Shown: positions 40,145-50,295 of the stretch, piece by piece
How the letters are laid out: each line of letters begins with the position of its first letter
How positions within the stretch are numbered: position 1 is the first letter of the stretch
NCBI GenBank assembly: GCA_963666315.2
Contig: CAXXHG010000010.1
Coordinates: 64,001 to 128,000, forward strand
Origin: Candidatus Binatia bacterium
GTDB taxonomy: Bacteria; Desulfobacterota; Binatia; Bin18
Length of the DNA: 64,000 bases
Reading direction: 5' to 3'
Program-made: the position numbers and the translations under genes
Notes under the pieces: generated by a model
Told to the model about the DNA's origin: nothing
Databases searched by the model: none
What the model saw: only the letters and a program-made list of their open reading frames with translations

Positions 40145-41194
40145 GTGGTCCAGATTTATTTTTCAACACCGCCTGAGCGCATTCTGATCGTCCTGTTTGG
40201 GGCGATTGGAGATGTGACCCGCGCGCTGCCATTACTCACGCGCCTGCGGCGCGGATATCCACACGCCTCTATTGCCTGGGCGGTTGAACCAGCGGCAGCC
40301 ACGCTGCTCGCCTCCCACCCGGCTCTCGACCAGGTGCTGCTGTATGAGCGTGCGCAAGGCGTGCAGCAGTTCTGGCCCTTTTTGCAAAGCATTCGCCGGA
40401 AAAAATTCGACCTTGTGCTGGACCTCCAGCGGCACGCCAAGAGCGGCCTCGTCAGCGTGTGGTCGCGGGCTCCGATCCGACTCGGATTTCACCGACACAA
40501 CACCAAAGAAGGCAACTGGCTCTTCAACACGCATGCGATTACACCGGTACCCGATTTTTCGCTTAAGCTCCAGCAATACCTCAAATTTTCTGACGCCCTC
40601 GGCTTGCCCGATGATGGGGTGCATTTCGATTTGCGCCTCCGCGCGGAAGAAGAACCGCAGGTAGAGACCCTCCTGGCTGATACGCCCCGGTCTTTTGCCG
40701 CATTTTTTCTGGGCTCACGCTGGCCGAGCCGGTTTTGGTTTCCTGACGCAACCGCCCAGGTGGCACAAAACCTCCAGCGAGAGTATGGTATGGGCACGGT
40801 ATTGATAGGAGGGCCGGGTGAGGTAGAATTTGCCGCAGACGTCACCGCGGTACTTGAAACAACTGAAACAACCGCCACAAATCTGAGCGGTAGAACGAGC
40901 TTACGCGATCTGATTGGTATTTTTTCACGGGCCCGAATTGCGATCGGGCCGGATTCGGGTCCGATGCATATTGCAGCGGCGGTTGGCACGCCGGTGATCT
41001 CGTTTTGGGGGGCAACCAGCCCGCTGCGCTCTGCCCCGTGGGGGTCAGAGGACTTTGTGCACTGCGGGCCGGCCGCCTGTAGCCCGTGTTATGTCGGACA
41101 ATGCAGAATCAATCGGGCCTGCATGCAACGTATTACACCAACCCAAGTGCTTGCGACTGCGCAGCAGATATTGAATCACAAAGAAACCGTGTAG
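40145..41194 (+). CDS. GT9 LPS heptosyltransferase (WaaC/WaaF family)
   Basis: GAIGDV, FDLVLDLQ, DSGPMHIAAAVGTP, CSPC. Confidence 0.92.
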   Translation: MVQIYFSTPPERILIVLFGAIGDVTRALPLLTRLRRGYPHASIAWAVEPAAATLLASHPALDQVLLYERAQGVQQFWPFLQSIRRKKFDLVLDLQRHAKSGLVSVWSRAPIRLGFHRHNTKEGNWLFNTHAITPVPDFSLKLQQYLKFSDALGLPDDGVHFDLRLRAEEEPQVETLLADTPRSFAAFFLGSRWPSRFWFPDATAQVAQNLQREYGMGTVLIGGPGEVEFAADVTAVLETTETTATNLSGRTSLRDLIGIFSRARIAIGPDSGPMHIAAAVGTPVISFWGATSPLRSAPWGSEDFVHCGPAACSPCYVGQCRINRACMQRITPTQVLATAQQILNHKETV

Positions 41195-41209
41195 CTTCAG
41201 CGTACCGCC

Positions 41210-42499
41210 ATGTCTCGTCCGAATATTCTTTTCCTGCTGATTGATTGTCTGCGCGCAGATGCCGTACTGGGCCGAGACCGGGGAGCCCATACACCCACAT
41301 TAGATCGTCTTGTCCGCTCCGGCGTGGCCTGTACCCAAGCCATTTCTTCTGCCTCATCGACCACACCCTGCGTGGCGAGTCTGCTGACCGGCACCTACTC
41401 TTTTGTGCATGGCCTGCGTTCCATCTTTGGCTTAAAGTTGAACCCCCACATCCCCTCTTTAGTCGAAGCTTTTCGCGACCACGGCTATTACACAGCCGCC
41501 GAGGTGAGTGGACCGCTTTTCCCGGAAACCAATCTCAATCGCGGATTCGACACCTATCACTTCCGTGAAGGAGCTGCGTATCTGTCTACTCCTTGGGGCG
41601 CCGACTTTCGTCAGCGTTTGCAGAGCGAAGAGTTTCGGCACCCCTGGTTTCTCTTTTTGCATCTGTGGGAGCTCCACCACCATCGTCATATCCTGCCGGC
41701 CTTTCGGAGTCGTAGATTTGGCCACAACCGGTACGAGCGAGCACTCTCCTCTCTCGATGCTGAATTGGCCAGGCTCCTGGCCGTTTTGCCGGACAATACG
41801 CTCGTGGTCATTCACGGCGATCATGGCGAACATGTGGTGAAAACCGACTTTCAATACCGGCTGTATCGCCTCATCCGAGATCTGGCCGGCCGCAAGACGC
41901 TTAAACGTGAAGGCCATGAAATGGACGTGTCAGAAGACCTGGTACGCGTTCCGCTAGTCTTTAGCATGCTGGGAAATGGACAGAACGGACAGGATCGACA
42001 GAGTGGGCAGAATGAACGGGACGCGCAGGCTGCCCTGTCCTTACCGGCGGGAAAGCAGATTTCCCAACTGGCACGACAGATTGATGCCTTACCCACGGCG
42101 TTAGATCTTGTCGGCATTCCGGTTCCGAGTCAGATTCACGCCCAGAGCCTCAAACCTGCGTTGTTGGATGATACCCCGCTTGGACTAGAGGCGTATGTGG
42201 AGGCGTTTTTACGGATACGCTCAGATCAGCGCGACCAACGAATCGGCTGGCGTACGTCCGAGTGGAAGTATATTTATGCGCCCCACAACCCTCACCTACC
42301 GGCAGAACTCTATTACTTGCCGGACGACCCTGCGGAACAGCGCAACCTCGCCACCCAGCATCCGGAGGTCGCGCAGATGCTGCAGCGTCGGATTGAGGAC
42401 ATCCAGAACGGCCCGCTGGCTGCCACTCCAGGGCTGGTCATGACCGAGGCGGAAAAAGCAAATGTCGAAAAACGCTTGACCGAGCTTGGGTATATGTAA
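41210..42499 (+). CDS. sulfatase-like / alkaline-phosphatase-superfamily enzyme
   Basis: RPNILFLLIDCLRAD, TTPCVASLLTG, HLWELH, GDHGE, ELYYL.DDP.E..NL. Confidence 0.85.
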   Translation: MSRPNILFLLIDCLRADAVLGRDRGAHTPTLDRLVRSGVACTQAISSASSTTPCVASLLTGTYSFVHGLRSIFGLKLNPHIPSLVEAFRDHGYYTAAEVSGPLFPETNLNRGFDTYHFREGAAYLSTPWGADFRQRLQSEEFRHPWFLFLHLWELHHHRHILPAFRSRRFGHNRYERALSSLDAELARLLAVLPDNTLVVIHGDHGEHVVKTDFQYRLYRLIRDLAGRKTLKREGHEMDVSEDLVRVPLVFSMLGNGQNGQDRQSGQNERDAQAALSLPAGKQISQLARQIDALPTALDLVGIPVPSQIHAQSLKPALLDDTPLGLEAYVEAFLRIRSDQRDQRIGWRTSEWKYIYAPHNPHLPAELYYLPDDPAEQRNLATQHPEVAQMLQRRIEDIQNGPLAATPGLVMTEAEKANVEKRLTELGYM

Positions 42500-44160
42500 T
42501 GGAGCAATCTGTCGTGAGTGCATCCATGCCAACTATTGTGCATTCCAGCCTGGATACCCAGCTCGTAGCAGATCTTGTTTCTCAGGAACCGAGACTCTGG
42601 CACATGTCTCGTATTCTCAAAAAAGATGCCGGCACAACCGTCACCGTGATGTCTCATGACACACACTCGGTGGTCGTCAAACACCACCGGATGAACCGCT
42701 GGCGGCGTCGGGCGGATACGATTATGCACGGTTCTCCCGCTCGCCGGTCCTGGCGCGGGGCACGGTTACTGCAGGCATACGGTTTTTCCGTTCCACAGCC
42801 ACTCGCCGTTGTCGAAAAGCGCACGGCGGGCATGGTGCAGGAAAGTCTCTACGTGAGTGAGGCATTGCCGTACCCACCACTTTCAACATACTGGCGGGAG
42901 CAGTCTGTCGGCTGGTCGGCCCAACAACGACGTACGTTTCTTGGCAGCCTGGCCGACTTCGTCCAGTCTTTCCACGCTGCCGGACTGTATAGCGGCGACC
43001 TGCGAGATGCCAATCTCTTAGTCGAAGAAAGCACTGATCACACCTGGCGCTTTTGTCTGGTTGATCTGGACCGCGTCAAGCACGAAGTAAATATCACTCA
43101 GCGCCGCCGCATCAAAAATCTCGTCCAGCTTGACCGCACCCTAGGTCAGCGCGCCATGCTGACTGAACGTCTCTCCTTCCTGTACCGCTATCTGGGCTCG
43201 CCTCTTCCCTCCCCTCCCCAGCGACGACGCTTGATAAAAAAAATCCTGGCTCTGGGCGATCAGAAAGACCGCGAATATGCCAAACGGCGGGCAAAGCAGC
43301 GACCGGCCGTTTCCGCGCTCTCTCCAGCCGGGCTGACAGCCGCCCAGCAGGCGGTTGCCTCTCAAAACGGAGGACTGGATCGCCGTCCCATCTCGTGCTG
43401 CATTATCTGTTTTAACGAAGAGCGCAATATGCGCCGCTGTCTTGAAAGTGTGAAGTGGTGCGATGAGATTATTGTCGTAGACTCCTTTTCTACGGATAAG
43501 ACGGTCCAGATCTGCCGTAGCTATCCCACACGGATCATTCAGCGTCCGTGGCCGGGTTATGTTGAACAAAAACGCTTTGCCTTATCCCAGGCGAGTCACG
43601 AGTGGGTGTTAAACGTTGATGCCGACGAAGAGGTCACCCCGGCCCTCCAACACGAGATCCAAGCCGTCTTACAACGAGACGACCCTGCGGTGGATGGATT
43701 CTACGTACCGCGCCTGGTGCGCTATTTGGGGCGTTGGTGGTGGCGAGGCTGGTATCCCGGCTATCGACTGCGATTGTTTCGTAAGACCAAGGTCCGCTGG
43801 GGAGGCATCAATCCGCATGAGAAGGTCTTGCTGCGAGGCCACGCAGATCGACTCCGCAGCAATCTGCATCATTACACGTATGATGACATGAGGGATCATC
43901 TGCGGACAATTAACGGCCTGACCGAGGTCTCGGCCCGTGAGCTCGCTCTACGCAAACGTCAGAGACGGCTCATCGACTTACTGTTACGTCCACTCTGGCG
44001 CTTCGTAAGTTTTTACTTTCTGCGCGGCTGCCTGCGCGATGGCATTCCCGGTCTTTTTGTTTCCGTGACATCGGCTTTCTACGTCTTCCTCAAATATGCC
44101 AAGCTGAGGGAGCAGACTGCGAGTTCCAGTGACACGTCGGCTGCGTATTCTCCACATTGA
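42499..44160 (+). CDS. LPS kinase (Kdo/WaaP/InaA-like) fused to a GT2 (WaaE/KdtX-like) glycosyltransferase
   Basis: N-terminal SGDLRDANLL and LVDLD. C-terminal FNEE..MRRCLESV, VVDSFSTD.T, WVLNVDADE, LKYAKL. Confidence 0.88.
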   Translation: MEQSVVSASMPTIVHSSLDTQLVADLVSQEPRLWHMSRILKKDAGTTVTVMSHDTHSVVVKHHRMNRWRRRADTIMHGSPARRSWRGARLLQAYGFSVPQPLAVVEKRTAGMVQESLYVSEALPYPPLSTYWREQSVGWSAQQRRTFLGSLADFVQSFHAAGLYSGDLRDANLLVEESTDHTWRFCLVDLDRVKHEVNITQRRRIKNLVQLDRTLGQRAMLTERLSFLYRYLGSPLPSPPQRRRLIKKILALGDQKDREYAKRRAKQRPAVSALSPAGLTAAQQAVASQNGGLDRRPISCCIICFNEERNMRRCLESVKWCDEIIVVDSFSTDKTVQICRSYPTRIIQRPWPGYVEQKRFALSQASHEWVLNVDADEEVTPALQHEIQAVLQRDDPAVDGFYVPRLVRYLGRWWWRGWYPGYRLRLFRKTKVRWGGINPHEKVLLRGHADRLRSNLHHYTYDDMRDHLRTINGLTEVSARELALRKRQRRLIDLLLRPLWRFVSFYFLRGCLRDGIPGLFVSVTSAFYVFLKYAKLREQTASSSDTSAAYSPH

Positions 44161-45235
44161 TCCGGAACGACAGTGGGGCGGGGGCGAGGTCCAGGTCTTG
44201 GGGCTCACCCAGTATCTCGATGAGGCTGGACATGTCTCCCACGTTGCCGTTCACCCGCACGGCGTCTTAGGCCAGCGTCTGCACGCAGCAGGGCTCGCAA
44301 CCAGACCCCTCTCAATCCGTAATCACCTTGATGGTATGGCTGGCTGGCGGTTGCGGCGCATGGTCCGGCAGGAGCGCTACGACCTGGTCCATTTTCATAC
44401 CGCCAGGGCCCACGCGCTCAGCCCCTGGGTACGCGGCCTGCCGATAAAACGTGTCGTGACCCGGCGAATGGATTATCCCATTAGGCCAGGCTGGCTGAGT
44501 CACCTCCTGTATATACAAAGTGTTGACATGGTCGTCGCTATTTCTTCCGGTCTCCGCGCTGCCCTACGGGCAGCAAACATCCTCGATACGCATATGCGGC
44601 TAATTCCCAGTGGTATCGATAGCAAACAGTTTGTGCCGAATGCCGACCGGCGTGCCCGCATCCGTCGGCAGTACGGTCTGACCGAGGATGCTCTACTGGT
44701 GCTGGCTGTGGGAGCCCTGGTCGAGCGCAAATCGCATCGGACCCTCATCGACGCAGCAGCACGGCTCACGCAAAACGGGATACTGCTGCACTATCTCATC
44801 TGTGGCGCTGGTCCGCTCCGCTCAGCGCTGGAGACCCAGACACGTGCGCTTGGTCTCAATTCCTGCGTACACTTCGCCGGATTTTGTCAGGACCTCCCGG
44901 CCCATCTCGCAGCAGCAGACTTCTTCGTGCATACCCCGCTGCGGGAAGGATTAGGGATAGCCGTCCTAGAAGCCCTGGCGGCGGGACTCCCGGTTGTGGC
45001 CAGCCGAGTAGGCGGCATTCCTGAACTGATTACCGATCAGGTTACGGGCCTGCTCATCCCGCCCCAGGACCCTGCGGCACTAGAGACAGCGCTCACACAG
45101 TATGTGCACAACCCTGACTGGGCCAAAGCCCTGGGACAGGCTGGCCGGGCGGCAACACACGCCCGCTTTGATATTCGCGCGACTGCCCAGGCGAATGAGG
45201 CCCTGTATTATGAGTTACTTACCGGCGCGCGGTAA
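44129..45235 (+). CDS. GT4 glycosyltransferase
   Basis: WGGGEVQV, VHFHT, EGLGIAVLEALAAGLPVVASRVGGIPE. Confidence 0.92.
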   Translation: MTRRLRILHIDPERQWGGGEVQVLGLTQYLDEAGHVSHVAVHPHGVLGQRLHAAGLATRPLSIRNHLDGMAGWRLRRMVRQERYDLVHFHTARAHALSPWVRGLPIKRVVTRRMDYPIRPGWLSHLLYIQSVDMVVAISSGLRAALRAANILDTHMRLIPSGIDSKQFVPNADRRARIRRQYGLTEDALLVLAVGALVERKSHRTLIDAAARLTQNGILLHYLICGAGPLRSALETQTRALGLNSCVHFAGFCQDLPAHLAAADFFVHTPLREGLGIAVLEALAAGLPVVASRVGGIPELITDQVTGLLIPPQDPAALETALTQYVHNPDWAKALGQAGRAATHARFDIRATAQANEALYYELLTGAR

Positions 45236-45244
45236 AGGACCAGC

Positions 45245-46258
45245 GTGAAGCGCGCTTCTTCTCGTCAGCAGATTTCCGCGCGTATAATCACGCCCCTGCT
45301 TGCCCGCTTCGCCCAGGTGCGCGTACTCGTCATCGGCGATCTCATGCTTGATCGTTATATTTGGGGCCAGGTCAATCGCATCTCGCCCGAAGCACCCGTC
45401 CCGGTTGTCCGTGTTACTCACGAGAGCCTGCACGCTGGAGGAGCAGGCAATGTTATTGCGAATATCCGCGCTCTGGGTGGACGGGCGACGGTCTGTGGCG
45501 TTGTCGGTCAAGATCAAGCCGGACAGCGCTTACGCACGGAGTTGCGGTCATCTGGGGCACACGTCGACGGCATTGTCACCAGCAAACCGTACGAGACCAT
45601 TAGCAAGACACGCATCATTGCCCATAGTCAACAAGTCGTCCGCCTGGATCGGGATCCTATAGAAAATCTCACCCCACATACCCGGTCTCGGCTGCGGACG
45701 TTTATCCAACGCCACGTGTCCGACTTTGACGTCTGTGTGGTATCAGACTATGGCAAAGGACTCATTGATGCAGACCTCCTCCAGCTCTTGGCCGCGCTGC
45801 GGGCTCAGCACGGCTTCGTGTACGTAATTGATCCAAAACGCCAGAACTTCCTCCACTACCACGGAGCCAGCTTGGTCAAACCGAATACAGACGAAGCCGG
45901 ACAGGCAACCCAAATCGAGATCAGAACTGCCGCCGACCTGCGGAATGCTGGTCTACGCCTGCTCGACCTGTGGCAGACGGAGGCCGTTCTCGTCTCGCGT
46001 GGAGAAGAAGGCATGAGCTTATTCCAGCCAGGCCAGCGGACGGCCCATTTTCCGACCACGGCTCACGAGGTGTTTGATGTGACGGGCGCAGGCGACACCG
46101 TCATTGCCGTATGCGCTTTAGCCCTAGGCGCCGGGGCGTCACTCGAACTAGCAACTATGCTGGCAAATCACGCCGCAGGGATCGTAGTCGGCAAGGTCGG
46201 GACAGCGACAGTCGGCCCCAAAGAACTCAAAACTATCCTGAGGACACACAGCCAATGA
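45245..46258 (+). CDS. rfaE1: D-glycero-beta-D-manno-heptose-7-phosphate kinase (RfaE domain I)
   Basis: GDLMLDRY.WG.V.RISPEAPVPV, SDYGKG, DVTGAGDTV. Confidence 0.95.
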   Translation: MKRASSRQQISARIITPLLARFAQVRVLVIGDLMLDRYIWGQVNRISPEAPVPVVRVTHESLHAGGAGNVIANIRALGGRATVCGVVGQDQAGQRLRTELRSSGAHVDGIVTSKPYETISKTRIIAHSQQVVRLDRDPIENLTPHTRSRLRTFIQRHVSDFDVCVVSDYGKGLIDADLLQLLAALRAQHGFVYVIDPKRQNFLHYHGASLVKPNTDEAGQATQIEIRTAADLRNAGLRLLDLWQTEAVLVSRGEEGMSLFQPGQRTAHFPTTAHEVFDVTGAGDTVIAVCALALGAGASLELATMLANHAAGIVVGKVGTATVGPKELKTILRTHSQ

Positions 46259-47130
46259 GAAGCATGACCGGTTTTGGCAACGGTAGTAGCGCCTTACCGG
46301 GTGGGCGCGTGGCGGTCGATATTCGTGCAGTGAACCATCGTTTCCTCGAAGTGAAGCTCCACCTGCCCCGCGGGTTTTTGCCCTGGGAGGACGAGTTCCG
46401 TGCCCTTATTGCTGCTCAGCTCAAACGGGGGCGGATCGAGGTTTTTCTCTCGCTCTCGGGGCGTGCCTCTCGCTCCTATACGGTTCATCTCAATATGGAG
46501 CTTGCCCGTGCCTATGCCCAGGCGGTCAGCCGCTTGCAAAATGAGCTGGGGGTCAGCGGTGAACTCGATCTTCAATTTTTCGCTACTCGACCGGAGCTTT
46601 TCCAAGTGGCGGAATCTCAGCAGCCTTCTCCAGTCGAGGTCAGCACGTCGAAGAAGGCACTCCAGCGGGCGCTGACGGCTCTCGTACGTCAACGCCGCCG
46701 CGAAGGCAGATTTCTCCAGCGTGATCTACGCGGGCGTATTTCTGCGCTCGAAAAATTGCGTCGTAGCGTGCAGCGCCGGACCGGACAAAGCCGACAGCTT
46801 ATGCACCAGAAGTTGACGGACAGGATCATGCCGCTTTTACCTCACCTCGAAACTGACCGCAGTCGCGTCTTGCAGGAAGTAGCCAGCCTGGTACAGAAAA
46901 GTGATATCACGGAAGAGCTAGTACGGTTGCAGAGCCACCTGCACGCATTTTCCGATCTCTTCCAACTTGAGGAGTCGGTCGGCAAACGGATGGATTTCCT
47001 GCTGCAGGAGATGCAACGGGAAGTCAACACGATGGGGGCAAAGGCGGATGATGCGTCCATTCGACATCTGGTGGTACAGGCGAAAGAAGAGGTGGAAAAA
47101 ATACGCGAACAAGTGCACAATATAGAATAA
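46255..47130 (+). CDS. yicC: YicC/YloC family endoribonuclease
   Basis: MRSMTGFG, VNHRFLE, DITEELVRL.SH, GKRMDFLLQEM.REVNT.G.K. Confidence 0.95.
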   Translation: MRSMTGFGNGSSALPGGRVAVDIRAVNHRFLEVKLHLPRGFLPWEDEFRALIAAQLKRGRIEVFLSLSGRASRSYTVHLNMELARAYAQAVSRLQNELGVSGELDLQFFATRPELFQVAESQQPSPVEVSTSKKALQRALTALVRQRRREGRFLQRDLRGRISALEKLRRSVQRRTGQSRQLMHQKLTDRIMPLLPHLETDRSRVLQEVASLVQKSDITEELVRLQSHLHAFSDLFQLEESVGKRMDFLLQEMQREVNTMGAKADDASIRHLVVQAKEEVEKIREQVHNIE

Positions 47131-47133
47131 CGT

Positions 47134-47805
47134 ATGTCAGACGACGATCACCGCTTCATTTTTCCCCGTCGTGGGATTCTCCTCATATTGTCGGCCCCGT
47201 CCGGAGCCGGGAAAACTACGCTGGCGCGTCAACTCATCGCCAAGAATGACAACCTACGCTGGTCGATCTCACACACGACTCGTGCGTGTCGCGCAGGAGA
47301 AGTCGAGGGGCACGATTATCACTTTGTGAGCGAAGAGATTTTTCTGACGCTCCGCAAGAATAACGCATTCGCAGAATGGGCAAAAGTTCATAGCGCCTAC
47401 TACGGGACTGCCCGCGCCACGATCGATGCCGCCCTCACCAGCGGACAGGACCTCCTGCTTGATATCGATGTCCAAGGCGCTGCCCAGCTCAAGGTCGCGT
47501 ATCCAGAGGCCGTGTCTGCTTTTATCCTGCCGCCCTCTTGGCGGGAGTTAGAATCGCGCTTACGTGGACGCGGCACTGACCACGAAGGGGAGATTACACA
47601 ACGTATCCGTCGTGCACGGGAAGAGGTACGAGAATTATCCCGCTACGACTATTGTGTCATCAATGACGAAGTCAAATCCGGCGTCGCGTCCTTACAGGCT
47701 ATTCTCAGCGCTGAGCGAACACGCCTCTCACGTCTGGATGTGTCACAAGCGCAGTGCTGGGGTTCTTCTCAACACGTAAGGGCAAAAACAGGAAGCTGCT
47801 CATGA
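47134..47805 (+). CDS. gmk: guanylate kinase
   Basis: SAPSGAGKTT, SHTTR, YYGT, DIDVQGA, RLRGRGTD. Confidence 0.97.
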   Translation: MSDDDHRFIFPRRGILLILSAPSGAGKTTLARQLIAKNDNLRWSISHTTRACRAGEVEGHDYHFVSEEIFLTLRKNNAFAEWAKVHSAYYGTARATIDAALTSGQDLLLDIDVQGAAQLKVAYPEAVSAFILPPSWRELESRLRGRGTDHEGEITQRIRRAREEVRELSRYDYCVINDEVKSGVASLQAILSAERTRLSRLDVSQAQCWGSSQHVRAKTGSCS

Positions 47806-49943
47806 ACCTGGATCAGCTTGTTTCCAGAATTCAGTCCTATCATCCTGAGGCCAATACCGACCTCATCATCAATGCGTATGCGTTCTCAGAGCGGGTCCAC
47901 CAGGGCCAAAAACGCCGCTCAGGAGAGCCCTATTTTATCCACCCGGTTGGAGTCGCTGAAATTATTACCGACATGAAGTTGGATGTCCCGAGTGTGGTCA
48001 CCAGCTTACTGCATGACACGGTTGAAGACACCTTAACCACGCTGGATCAAATTACGCAGCACTTTGGCGAGGAAGTCGCCGCTCTGGTCGACGGGGTCAC
48101 CAAGATCAGTCAGATCAATTTCACCACGCGTGAAGAGCACCAGGCTGAAAATTTCCGCAAAATGATTTTCGCTATGGCCCGAGACATCCGTGTTATTCTG
48201 GTCAAGTTAGCGGATCGCGCCCATAACATGCGGACGCTGTCCCATCTGAGTGAGGATAAACAGCGTGAGATTGCGTCTGAGACCTTGGAAATCTATGCAC
48301 CTCTCGCCCATCGCCTGGGCATCTACTGGATGAAAAGCGAGTTAGAAGATAACTCGCTGCGCTATCTCTATCCCAAGGTGTATTCCAGTCTGAAACGTAA
48401 TATTGCCAAGAAAAAGAGTGAGCGAAAAAATTATATTGCCGCAGTAATCGGCATCCTCCAAAAAATATTTATCGAGGCAGACATTTCAGCCCAGGTATCT
48501 GGCCGGCCCAAACATTTCTACTCGATTTACCAAAAGATGCAGTCACAAAATCTGGTCTTCGGCCAGATCTATGACTTGGTCGGCTTTCGCATCGTCGTTC
48601 CGTCTGTACGAGAATGCTATCAAGCCCTCGGCAGCATCCACAGTCACTGGCGGCCCATACCCGGCCGGTTTAAGGACTATATCGCCCTGCCCAAGGCGAA
48701 TATGTACCAGTCACTACACACGACAGTGATTGGGCCGCATGGGGAGCGCATCGAGATACAGATCCGGACCCGGGAGATGCACGTTGTTGCCGAAGAAGGC
48801 GTGGCCGCGCACTGGTCGTATAAAGAAGGTCAAGGCAAGGAAGAGGCGCAGCGTTTCACCTGGCTGCGTCAACTCGTCGAATTACAACAACAAATCCAAG
48901 ACCCGAAAGAATTCCTACACACGATTAAAGAAGACCTCTTTACCGAAGAAGTCTACGCCTTCACCCCCCAAGGCGATCTGAATCGTTTTCCGCGTGGGGC
49001 ATCAGTGATCGATTTTGCCTACCGGGTGCATTCTGAAGTCGGCAATCACTGTACTGGAGCACGGGTGAATGGGCGCCAAGTTCCGCTACGCTATCAGCTC
49101 AAAAATGGAGATGTCATTGAAATCATCACGACCAAGCAGCAGTCGCCGAGCAAAGACTGGCTGAAAATCGTCAAAACTCCTAAAGCCAAAGCCCGCGTCC
49201 GCCACTGGCTCAAAGAAGAACAGCGCGAGCGTAGCGTAGCGTTAGGACAAGAGCTGCTTGGACGTGAGTTGGCTCGCTCTCACGCGACCCTGTCCTCCCT
49301 GCGCAAGCAGCACAAAATCGCCTCCGTCCTTGAAGCGCTCGGGTTTGACGATGAAGAAACCCTCTTTGCCGCTGTGGGCTACGGCCAGGTGACTCTGGGC
49401 CAGGTCCTTGCCCATCTGGTTCCACAGCCCGCCGAAATTCCGGGCCTCACCCCGGATGAAATCGAGCTGGAAAAAATTCGCCATGAGCCGCCAGAGGGAG
49501 ACTCAAGCGGCGTTAAGGTTGGCGGGATAGGGAACGTGCTGATTCGGTTTGGCCGCTGTTGTAACCCCTTGCCGGGAGAACGCATTCTCGGAGTGATTAC
49601 CCGAGGGAAAGGTGTCACCGTGCATACAATTGCCTGCCAGCGCCTGCATGAGAGCGATCCTCAGCGGCATACCGCTGTCAGTTGGGATGCGGCAACGGAC
49701 TACACCCGTCCGGTCAAAATTGAGGTTCTCTCCGAAGACCGCCCCGGTCTCCTGGCCAGTATGAGCAAGGCCATCAGCACCACAGGGCTCAATATCGCCA
49801 GCGCTAATGTTCGGACCTTAACCGACGAACGTGCCCTCAATATGTTTGAAATTTTAGTCTCCAGCTCCGACGATCTGCAGCGCGTCATGCGCAACCTGGA
49901 GCGCGTCCGCGGCGTGGTGAAAGTGTCGAGGATGAAGCACTGA
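47802..49943 (+). CDS. spoT: bifunctional (p)ppGpp synthetase/hydrolase RelA/SpoT
   Basis: HQGQKRRSGEPY, LHDTVED, KLADR.HNMRTL, GRPKH.YSI, YQSLHT, TGS, CC and ACT domains. Confidence 0.96.
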   Translation: MNLDQLVSRIQSYHPEANTDLIINAYAFSERVHQGQKRRSGEPYFIHPVGVAEIITDMKLDVPSVVTSLLHDTVEDTLTTLDQITQHFGEEVAALVDGVTKISQINFTTREEHQAENFRKMIFAMARDIRVILVKLADRAHNMRTLSHLSEDKQREIASETLEIYAPLAHRLGIYWMKSELEDNSLRYLYPKVYSSLKRNIAKKKSERKNYIAAVIGILQKIFIEADISAQVSGRPKHFYSIYQKMQSQNLVFGQIYDLVGFRIVVPSVRECYQALGSIHSHWRPIPGRFKDYIALPKANMYQSLHTTVIGPHGERIEIQIRTREMHVVAEEGVAAHWSYKEGQGKEEAQRFTWLRQLVELQQQIQDPKEFLHTIKEDLFTEEVYAFTPQGDLNRFPRGASVIDFAYRVHSEVGNHCTGARVNGRQVPLRYQLKNGDVIEIITTKQQSPSKDWLKIVKTPKAKARVRHWLKEEQRERSVALGQELLGRELARSHATLSSLRKQHKIASVLEALGFDDEETLFAAVGYGQVTLGQVLAHLVPQPAEIPGLTPDEIELEKIRHEPPEGDSSGVKVGGIGNVLIRFGRCCNPLPGERILGVITRGKGVTVHTIACQRLHESDPQRHTAVSWDAATDYTRPVKIEVLSEDRPGLLASMSKAISTTGLNIASANVRTLTDERALNMFEILVSSSDDLQRVMRNLERVRGVVKVSRMKH

Positions 49944-50009
49944 AGGGATCGTTGCACTCCGGACAGCTCTCGCAGGGGTAGGCTGGGGCCAGGGGTGACC
50001 GCCTGCGCT

Positions 50010-50201
50010 TCACGCCGCCTTGACTATTTTGCCCGAACGGATACAGCGCGTGCAGACACGCAGACGCCGAACCGTTCCATCCACCTTGGCTTTCACCCGT
50101 TGCAGGTTGGGCAACCAACGGCGCCGGGTCTTATTGTTGGCGTGACTGACATTATTGCCCACGGACGGGCCTTTTCCACAAATTTCACATCTTTTGGCCA
50201 C
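50010..50201 (-). CDS. rpmB: 50S ribosomal protein L28
   Basis: [32 protein letters not shown]. Confidence 0.97.
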   Translation of the reverse strand: MAKRCEICGKGPSVGNNVSHANNKTRRRWLPNLQRVKAKVDGTVRRLRVCTRCIRSGKIVKAA

Positions 50202-50295
50202 GAAACTCCTCCATCACTCTTGCCCTCTTGCACTCTGGGAAACCCCTGTGTGTACCACAGGCTGTGAACTGCTGCAACACGGCCAAACCGTACAT

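Noticed and set aside
41971-42025. GQN/GQD-like repeats in the sulfatase-like gene
   Set aside because: Short low-complexity loop insertion, not an independent element.
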